Assembly: GCA_032249095.1 (NCBI GenBank)
Contig: JAVVGN010000029.1
Location: forward strand, 1 to 21,348
Origin: Candidatus Caldarchaeales archaeon
GTDB taxonomy: Archaea; Thermoproteota; Nitrososphaeria_A; Caldarchaeales; Calditenuaceae
Direction: 5' to 3'
Length of the DNA: 21,348 nucleotides
Shown here in pieces: positions 15,261 to 21,348 of this stretch (position 1 is its first letter; every line of letters starts with the position of its first letter). The translations under genes and the position numbers were made by a program. The notes under the pieces were generated by a model that was given only the letters and a program-made list of their open reading frames with translations, had not been told where the DNA came from and made no database searches.

Positions 15261-16235
15261 TCAGGCGCGGAGCCTCGTTATGGCCTCCCCCACCACAGGG
15301 TCAGCGACCACGTAGAGGCTGTCCTCCCTCCTGAGGTACCTGATGTCTAGGAGCCTCGACAGGGCTTCCGCCAGGACTTTGTCGTTCACTTGGAGCTCGT
15401 CTCGCAGCTCGCCACACCTGGCGCCATGCCTCGACATCCTCAGCACTTTCACGTAGAGCCCCCTGTTCCTCCTGCCGGCCAAGAAATTTTTCAGCTCCTC
15501 TAGGACTATCTTGGAGCCCTCTCTGAGAGTCGTCTTCAGACCCCCCTCGTGGCCCATCCGTCTGACGCACCTAGAGTTCCCGTAGTAGGTGAGCCACCCT
15601 ACTGCGCCGCCGAGCCTCTCGACGGCCTCCCTTATCTCGGACTCTCTCGGGCTCATTCTGTACTCGGCGAAACCTCGGCGCAGAAACTCCTCCGCGAGGT
15701 CCTTGTTGAATGAGCTCTATCCTCGCAGGCTGGCGGCCGTAGAGCGGAGACCCTTTGCCTGGCTCCAGCATCCTCTTCAGCACTCCTGCGTAGGACCCGG
15801 TGAAAATCAGCCTCAGCCCTCTGGACGTATCCCACATCGTCTTGAGCAGCTTTAGAAAAGCCGGCGAGACCAGCTCCTGAACCTCGTCCAGAACAACGAC
15901 CTTGCCCTCCAGCCTTGAGAAGATGTTCTCCATCGTCTTCGTCAGTTTTAACCGCAGCAACGTCGCGGGGCCCAGCTCCAGCTCCTTCAGCTCGAGGCCC
16001 GGTGATTGGAGCAGTGCCTCAGCAAGACCGACGAGATTCTTGACCCCCATGAGGCTCACATAGAGGCCGCTCTTCTCCCTCGCGAACGTCTTAACCAGCG
16101 AGGTCTTACCGGTCATTCTTCTGCCTAAGACAACCACCCAAGCCCACCCTTGACAAGCCTCGTGAGCTCCTCGTACTCCTCCCTCCTGCCGAAAAGGTCC
16201 TCGATCCTCTCCTTGGGCCTTAAGTCGAAGAGCAA
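15261..16235 (-). pseudogene. archaeal ATPase (Arch_ATPase/DUF234), paralog 2, two compensating frameshifts
   Basis: From TTG 16235: MLFDLRPKERIEDLFGRREEYEELTRLVKGGLGW. The frame shifts near 16140 to VVVLGRRMTGKTSL (Walker A) and VVVLDEVQ (Walker B). It returns to the original frame near 15715: FNKDLAEEFLRRGFAEYRMSPRESEIREAVERLGGAVGWLTYYG..., ending at 15261. Confidence 0.7.
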
Positions 16236-16265
16236 CCTACCTAGGTAAGCACTTACCTAGGTAAG
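16236..16265. promoter_or_regulatory. two tandem copies of 14-bp palindrome CTTACCTAGGTAAG abutting the ATPase-2 TTG start (candidate operator in the divergent ATPase/pyrFE intergenic region)
   Basis: cctacctaggtaag at 16236-16249 and the perfect palindrome cttacctaggtaag at 16252-16265, period 16 nt. An in-frame TAG lies just upstream, so TTG 16235 is the first possible start codon. Confidence 0.5.
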
Positions 16266-16358
16266 TTATGGCTCTTCCGCCTCGGGGCGCTTAGCCGGGC
16301 CGCCTGCGGGGGTTTGGGGGAACAGCTAATATTTTGGGTGTTGTCTTGGGGGGCGGCG

Positions 16359-17708
16359 ATGAGCTTGCTGGCCGACCGGTACGATAGGGCGGTGGAGCGG
16401 TCGGGGAGCATCCTTTGCCTAGGCCTCGATCCCTCGCCCCTCCAGTATCCCGGTCCCGGGGAGAGGGTGGGCCGCTGCCTGCGGCTTCTAGAGGAGGCTG
16501 GGAGGTTCTGTGCCGCGGTGAAGTTGAATGAGAACCATCTGAGAGGCGTTGGGGAGGAGGGGCACAGGTCGGTCACGGGCCTCGCGAGGAGGCTCGGGCT
16601 CCTCACGGTACTGGACTGTAAGTTCGGTGATATAGGGGAGACCGCGAGGGCTGCGGTTGAGACGATCTCGAGGCTCGGCTACGACGCCTTCACGGCGAAC
16701 CCCCTCTTCGGGAACGTCGCCGAGATCACCGAGCTCGCCCACGCCCGCGGGCTCGGAGTCCTCCTAGTCGCATACCCCTCCGGCGACTACGGCTCCAGAT
16801 ACTTTGAGCTCGAGGTGGCCGGCGAGAAGCTCTTCTGGAGGTTCGTGAGGGAGGGCGTGGAGGCCGGGGTCGACGGATACGTGGTCGGCCTCTCCCCGCG
16901 GCTCACGGAGCGGATGGTGGCTGAGCTGAGGTCGGCGGTGGGCGAGGAGGCCGTGATACTCTCGCCGGGAGCGGGCGCGCAGGGAGGAGACCCCGAGCCC
17001 CTTATCCGTGGCGGAGGGGAGAGGATCCTGATAAACGTGGGGCGCTCCGTGACGCTCGCACAAGACCCAGCCTCAGCAGCGCGCGAGGCCGCAGAACGGC
17101 TCTCCTCTAGGAGGGAGTACGTCCTCGCCACGAGGGCTATAGCGGAGACGCCAGGAGTCCTTAACGTCTACGAAAGACCTATCCAGCTCTCCAGCGGCCG
17201 CCTCAGCAACATCTACATCGACTGCAGGGCCCTCTACTCCGACCCCTCCGCGAGGGCTCTGATCGCGAGGCTGATGGTGGGCCTTGTCTCGAGAAGGGCG
17301 GGGCGGGAGGGGGTCGAGGTCGCCACGACCGCTACGGCTGGGATACCTATAGCGAGCCTAGTCGCGGACAGAATCGGCGCCGGCCTCGTCTACGTGAGGA
17401 TGGAGAAGAAGGGCTATGGCCAGGAGAAGAGGGTTGAGGGCGTCGTTAAGCCCGGAGCAACCTACGTGGGTGTGGACGACGTAGCCACGACGGGCCGGAG
17501 CGCCCTCGAGTGCGTCAGGGCCGTGAGGGAGGCTGGGGGCCGGATCGAGAAGTACTTCGTGATTGTGGATAGACGCGAGGGGGCGGCGGAGCTGCTTGCT
17601 GGCGAGGGCGTCGCGCTCCACTCGTTGGCGAGGCTTGACGAGGAGTTCGCGAGGCTTGTGGGCCTGCGGGGGGCCGCGGGCTCAACAGAGAAAAATACCA
17701 GTGCCTAG
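16359..17708 (+). CDS. pyrF/pyrE: fused orotidine-5'-phosphate decarboxylase / orotate phosphoribosyltransferase (PyrF-PyrE order)
   Basis: The N-terminal half has ILCLGLDPS, AVKLNENHL, VLDCKFGDIGET and LSPGAGAQGG (type-2 OMP decarboxylase). The C-terminal half has LSSGRLSNIYIDCRAL, TATAGIPIASLVA and the PRPP motif YVGVDDVATTGRS. It is one uninterrupted ORF (track ORF 16314-17708, with ATG 16359 the likely start). Confidence 0.85.
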   Translation: MSLLADRYDRAVERSGSILCLGLDPSPLQYPGPGERVGRCLRLLEEAGRFCAAVKLNENHLRGVGEEGHRSVTGLARRLGLLTVLDCKFGDIGETARAAVETISRLGYDAFTANPLFGNVAEITELAHARGLGVLLVAYPSGDYGSRYFELEVAGEKLFWRFVREGVEAGVDGYVVGLSPRLTERMVAELRSAVGEEAVILSPGAGAQGGDPEPLIRGGGERILINVGRSVTLAQDPASAAREAAERLSSRREYVLATRAIAETPGVLNVYERPIQLSSGRLSNIYIDCRALYSDPSARALIARLMVGLVSRRAGREGVEVATTATAGIPIASLVADRIGAGLVYVRMEKKGYGQEKRVEGVVKPGATYVGVDDVATTGRSALECVRAVREAGGRIEKYFVIVDRREGAAELLAGEGVALHSLARLDEEFARLVGLRGAAGSTEKNTSA

Positions 17709-17755
17709 CTCTCTATGCTCTGCCCCATATAACGAGAATAGACGCGGAACGTATT

Positions 17756-17813
17756 CGCGAGGCTATTACGGTAGGGTCTCAGCTATATAAACCTATTATT
17801 TGGACACTACCTA
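17756..17813. repeat. promoter-proximal repeat element, copy C (right half only)
   Basis: cgcgaggctattacggtagggtctcagctatataaacctattatttggacactaccta. It is about 85 percent identical by eye to 18687-18744. It ends 46 nt before ATG 17859. Confidence 0.65.
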
Positions 17814-17858
17814 ATGTATTTAGAGCGCTCTTAATAGATACCAAACCGACTATTTCAC

Positions 17859-18275
17859 ATGACGACAGTTGAACATAAGCAGATTCTGCACAGATATGTA
17901 GATTCGGTCAACCGTGGAAAGCTTGACATAATCAATAATGAAGTATTAGACAGAAACTTCGTCTACCATGGAATAGGTGAGGAGTCTCAGCTTTCAAAAG
18001 AGGAGTACCTGAACTTCCTACACGAAGTTCGTCAGGCATTCCCAGACTTCAACGTATGTATCGATGAGTTGGTCGCAGAAGACGAAAGAGTCGCCTACCG
18101 CATGACTGTCTCCGGAACGCATAAGGGTGAGTTTAAGGGCATAGCCCCCACAGGCAAGAAATTCACCGTATCAACTATGGGTATAGTGTTGTTTAAAAAC
18201 GGAAAGATTGCGGAAGAGTGGGAGATATACGATGCCATGGGGGTGTTGGTTCAGCTGGGTGCGTTGGCAACCTAG
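17859..18275 (+). CDS. SnoaL-like ester cyclase family protein
   Basis: 138 aa containing YVDSVNRGKLDIINNEVLDRNFVYHG, AFPDFNVCIDELVAEDERVAYRMTVSGTHKGEFKGIAPTGKKF and GKIAEEWEIYD. The gene is visibly low in G+C. Confidence 0.8.
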   Translation: MTTVEHKQILHRYVDSVNRGKLDIINNEVLDRNFVYHGIGEESQLSKEEYLNFLHEVRQAFPDFNVCIDELVAEDERVAYRMTVSGTHKGEFKGIAPTGKKFTVSTMGIVLFKNGKIAEEWEIYDAMGVLVQLGALAT

Positions 18276-18574
18276 CTTCGCCCACTCATCTTTATTTTAA
18301 GAATTTTTGAACAAATGTTAAACCTCATCCGGAATAAGAGCATGGTTGCAGCATTTTGGTTCCCGTGTACGGTTTTATGTATGGCTACGATAGTGTTGCT
18401 GTGCAGAGATGCCCTTTGTGCGGCGAGCCCGTTAGCTGAAGCGAGTGACAGGCAGGGCTCTACACCTGTCTGACAGTATGCGTCCCACTTATACCCTATC
18501 CACAACACCTTGTAATGAAGCATCCCGATTACCTAGCGGCTGCTAAGAAAGTTGCACACAATCTTCTACACAGT

Positions 18575-18592
18575 GTTTTGTGGCCTAATTCT
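18575..18592. repeat. solo copy of the MITE terminal repeat
   Basis: tgttttgtggcctaattc matches the 10151 end at 15 of 18 positions and the reverse complement of the 10563 end at 16 of 18. I found no partner repeat downstream. Confidence 0.4.
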
Positions 18593-18638
18593 CCCTGTCT
18601 AGGGTCTTCTTTTGTTTGTTCTTATCTCGTGTGCGGCA

Positions 18639-18744
18639 GTGTCCAAATAAGGCTTTAAATACTCTCTAGGGGCGGCTAATTCCACTCGCGAGGCTATTAT
18701 GGGAGGTCTTCAGCCACATAAACCCGTTATTTGGACACTACCTA
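18639..18744. repeat. promoter-proximal repeat element, copy B (complete, with 12-bp terminal inverted repeats)
   Basis: gtgtccaaataa (18639-18650) pairs with ttatttggacac (18727-18738). The interior ctcgcgaggctattatgggaggtc is shared with copies A and C. The element ends 49 nt before GTG 18793. Confidence 0.65.
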
Positions 18745-18792
18745 TACGGGTATCCAAAACCAAAAATATAAGATTCAAATAGTGAGGACCCT

Positions 18793-21306
18793 GTGGTATC
18801 CTATCCCGTGCCGACGCCGATCTATCCCTACCTCAAGCCCGGAAGAGACTTCGCCTACCCGGAATACACCTCGCGCTACCAAGACGTCGTCGACTTCAGG
18901 GTCAAGCACCTGAGGCTCGAGCTCTGGATAGACTTTGAGGACGAGTCGCTTAGAGGTGTGGCGGAGCTTCAGATCCAGCACGAGGGTGGCGGGGGATGGG
19001 TAGGGCTCGACGCCTGCGAGATGCAGGTCGAGGACGTGAGAATGGAAGACGCGGGGGCCGAGTGGAGGTACGACGGCGCGAAGCTGAGGGTCCGGGTTGG
19101 GCCGGGCTTGTCCAAGGTCAGGGTCTCCTACAGGGCTAGGCCCAGGAAGGGGTTCCACTTCGTCAAGCCCGATAGGGCCAACCCCGAGAGGAGGCCGCAG
19201 GCCTGGAGCCAGGGCGAGACCGAGTACAATAGGTACTGGGTCCCACTCCTCGACCATCCCTCCCACAAGCACACCTCGGAACTCATAATCTACGTCCCGC
19301 GGGGATACGTCGCTGTCTCTAACGGAGACCTGGTGGCGAAGGGCGAGAGGGACGGCTGGAGCTACTGGCACTGGAGGATGGATAAGCCCCACTCCCCCTA
19401 CCTCATCAGCGTCGCGGCCGGAGTCTTCGAGGAGTATCACGAGGAGCATAACGGCGTCAAGCTCAGCTACTACGTCCCACCCGGCTACGGCGGCGTCTAC
19501 CGCCTAAGCTTCGAGAAGACGCCTAAGATCCTAGACTTCTTCTCCCAATACCTCGACTATCCCTACCCCTACGGAAAGTATGCACAGGTCGCGGTCTACG
19601 AGTTCATCTTTGGGGGGATGGAGAACACGACCGCCACAACCCTGACAGAGCTTACTCTGCATGACGAGAAGGCCCACATGGACTTTTCGAGCGACCCGCT
19701 CGTCGCCCACGAGGCCGCACACCAGTGGTTCGGAGACCTAGTCACGATGAGGGACTGGCCCCACACCTGGCTCAACGAGAGCTTCGCGACGTTCTTGGAG
19801 AACCTCTTCGTCAGACACGATAAGGGTGAGGACGAGTTTGTCTACGAGCTCGTCAGGGACATGGACGCCTACCTCAGGGAGTATAGGGAGAGCTACGCCA
19901 GGCCCATCGTGACCAAGGTCTACAAGTATCCCTCAGAGCTCTTCGACGCCCACTCCTACCCCAAGGGCGGCCTAATACTCAACATGCTGAGGAGCCTCCT
20001 CGGCGAGGAGGTCTTCAGGAGGGGCCTCAGCCTCTTCCTCAGGAGATACGCCTACTCCGTCGCAGACACGGAGGACTTCAGGAAGACGATGGAGGAGGCC
20101 TCGGGGAGGAGCCTCGAGCTCTTCTTCGACCAGTTCTTCTACAACGCTGGCCACCCGGCGATAAGGGTTGAGGAGGAGTGGCGCGAGGGCGCGAGGCAGT
20201 TTGTATTACGGTTTAAGCAGACGCAGGGCGACGACTCCCTCCCCGCCTACCAGCTCGGGCTGAGGGTCCTCGTAAAGTCTGGGAGCGGTGAGAGGGAGTT
20301 TAGGGTGGAGCTGAGGGAGAGGGAGGAGACCTACGTCTTCAGCCTCGACGAGGCCCCCGAGCTCGTCTGCGTCGACCCGAGCTTCGAGTGCTTCAAGACG
20401 TTGGAGTATTCTAGGAATGTGGAGCAACACGCGAAGGTCCTGGAGTCCGACACACATGTCTACTGCAGAATCATCGCAACCCGCGCGCTGGGTAGGATGG
20501 GCGGAGTCAGGGCGGTCGAGGCCCTCAGGAAGGCCCTGACAGGGGACGCGTTCTGGGGCGTCGCGGCGGAGGCGGCCCGGGCGCTGGGGGATCTAAGGAG
20601 CGAGGAGGCCAAGAAGGCTCTGCTGACGGCTCTGGACCAGGTCAAGAACCCCAAGGTGAGGAGGGCGATCTGCGAGGCCCTCGGCAACTATAGGGGAGGA
20701 GAGGTCTTCGAGGCCCTCAGGAAAGTCCTAGAGGACGGTGAGGAGAGCTATTACGTCAGGCAGGCAGCGGCGATCAGCATGGGGAAGACTAGAAGCAGCG
20801 GCGCGGCCGAGGAGCTTGTGAGGCACATAGACACGCCTTCCCACGCCTCGGCCATCACAGTCGGGGTGCTGCGGGGCCTCGCGGAGATCGGCTCCGAGGA
20901 GGCCCTCAGGGTGATTATGCGCTACACGGAGGAGGATAAGCAGACTCCCGCGAGGGCCGCCGCCGTGGCCTCGCTCGGCAGGTTCCCCTCTAGGCGCGAG
21001 GTCTATGACAGGCTCAGAGAACTCGCGAGAAGCCCCAACTACCGCGTGAGGCAGGCCGTGATAGCTGCGTGCAGGGAGCTCCTCTCCGCCGAGGCCCTAC
21101 AGATACTTGAGGACATAGCGCAGAACGATGTCTACGAGATGAATAGGAGGTCGGCGAGGGATGCCGCGGAGAGGGTCAGGAAGAGCCTCGAGCGCGGCGT
21201 CGAGTACAAGGAGTTGCGGGAGGAGGTTGAGAGGCTGAGGGAGGAGAATAGGAGGCTGGTCGAGAGGGTCTCGATACTTGCTGGAGCGTTGGAGTCAAAG
21301 GGCTAG
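18793..21306 (+). CDS. M1-family zinc aminopeptidase with C-terminal HEAT-like repeats and a terminal coiled coil
   Basis: GGMENTT exopeptidase motif and HEAAHQWFGDLVTMRDWPHTWLNESFATF (HExxH-18-E). The C-terminal roughly 270 aa contain repeated A-x-ALG...V-x-AL units. The last roughly 50 aa are heptad-like (EYKELREEVERLREENRRLVERV). Confidence 0.9.
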   Translation: MVSYPVPTPIYPYLKPGRDFAYPEYTSRYQDVVDFRVKHLRLELWIDFEDESLRGVAELQIQHEGGGGWVGLDACEMQVEDVRMEDAGAEWRYDGAKLRVRVGPGLSKVRVSYRARPRKGFHFVKPDRANPERRPQAWSQGETEYNRYWVPLLDHPSHKHTSELIIYVPRGYVAVSNGDLVAKGERDGWSYWHWRMDKPHSPYLISVAAGVFEEYHEEHNGVKLSYYVPPGYGGVYRLSFEKTPKILDFFSQYLDYPYPYGKYAQVAVYEFIFGGMENTTATTLTELTLHDEKAHMDFSSDPLVAHEAAHQWFGDLVTMRDWPHTWLNESFATFLENLFVRHDKGEDEFVYELVRDMDAYLREYRESYARPIVTKVYKYPSELFDAHSYPKGGLILNMLRSLLGEEVFRRGLSLFLRRYAYSVADTEDFRKTMEEASGRSLELFFDQFFYNAGHPAIRVEEEWREGARQFVLRFKQTQGDDSLPAYQLGLRVLVKSGSGEREFRVELREREETYVFSLDEAPELVCVDPSFECFKTLEYSRNVEQHAKVLESDTHVYCRIIATRALGRMGGVRAVEALRKALTGDAFWGVAAEAARALGDLRSEEAKKALLTALDQVKNPKVRRAICEALGNYRGGEVFEALRKVLEDGEESYYVRQAAAISMGKTRSSGAAEELVRHIDTPSHASAITVGVLRGLAEIGSEEALRVIMRYTEEDKQTPARAAAVASLGRFPSRREVYDRLRELARSPNYRVRQAVIAACRELLSAEALQILEDIAQNDVYEMNRRSARDAAERVRKSLERGVEYKELREEVERLREENRRLVERVSILAGALESKG

Positions 21307-21348
21307 ACGGGGATCCGCCTTACTGCTCCGCAGTTGCCGCATGTGATT

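Noticed and set aside
18272-18523. 83-aa minus-strand ORF and a short CPLCGEP-containing plus-strand ORF in the low-GC spacer after the SnoaL gene
   Set aside because: There are no motifs and no ribosome-binding or promoter signals, and the composition is odd. The plus-strand zinc-knuckle-like piece is only about 20 codons after a stop.
18775-19449. 224-aa antisense ORF, and other minus-strand ORFs, inside the M1 aminopeptidase gene
   Set aside because: These are shadow ORFs opposite a gene with GxMEN and HExxH-E motifs. Their composition is low-complexity.
1-21348. Search by eye for tRNA, rRNA, SRP or RNase P RNA genes
   Set aside because: No T-loop-type GGTTCRAATCC box with matching acceptor stems, and no long conserved rRNA-like stretches, were seen. 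Absence by eye is not proof, so tRNAscan and Infernal should be run.

Overview
This looks like a high-GC archaeal chromosomal segment. I infer a hyperthermophilic crenarchaeon from AGG/CTC-rich codon usage, TATA-type promoters, TTG/GTG starts and two Arch_ATPase/DUF234 paralogs. No rRNA or tRNA genes were seen. Well-conserved housekeeping genes make up the backbone: an M42 peptidase, pterin-4a-carbinolamine dehydratase, a PUA protein, polyprenyl diphosphate synthase, nitroreductase, IscA/HesB, Bcp peroxiredoxin, an Rdx/SelW-like protein, a beta-CASP/MBL nuclease, a fused PyrF-PyrE and an M1 aminopeptidase. Four islands interrupt this backbone: about 6908-9234, 10018-10650, 11800-14085 and 17709-18792. 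They are lower in G+C by eye (not computed) and carry mobile-element debris and decaying accessory genes. The debris includes an IS110-like gene split by a 278-bp IS5-derived miniature element with a 3-bp target duplication, and a 413-bp MITE with 23-bp terminal inverted repeats. It also includes a frameshifted IS6-family copy and a four-repeat degenerate orphan CRISPR remnant. Other notable items follow. (a) An intact RHH-like/ParA/HTH operon lies next to a wHTH gene and a heavily decayed ParB-like gene. (b) Two disrupted archaeal-ATPase paralogs each have two tandem perfect palindromes directly upstream of a TTG start, with a different palindrome sequence at each locus. (c) A roughly 60-100 nt promoter-proximal element occurs three times at similar distances upstream of + strand genes. 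(d) A strongly palindromic, possibly RNA-forming element follows the IS110-like gene. No complete new system can be demonstrated from sequence alone. The palindrome/ATPase architecture, the repeated promoter element and the ParA module are the best leads.
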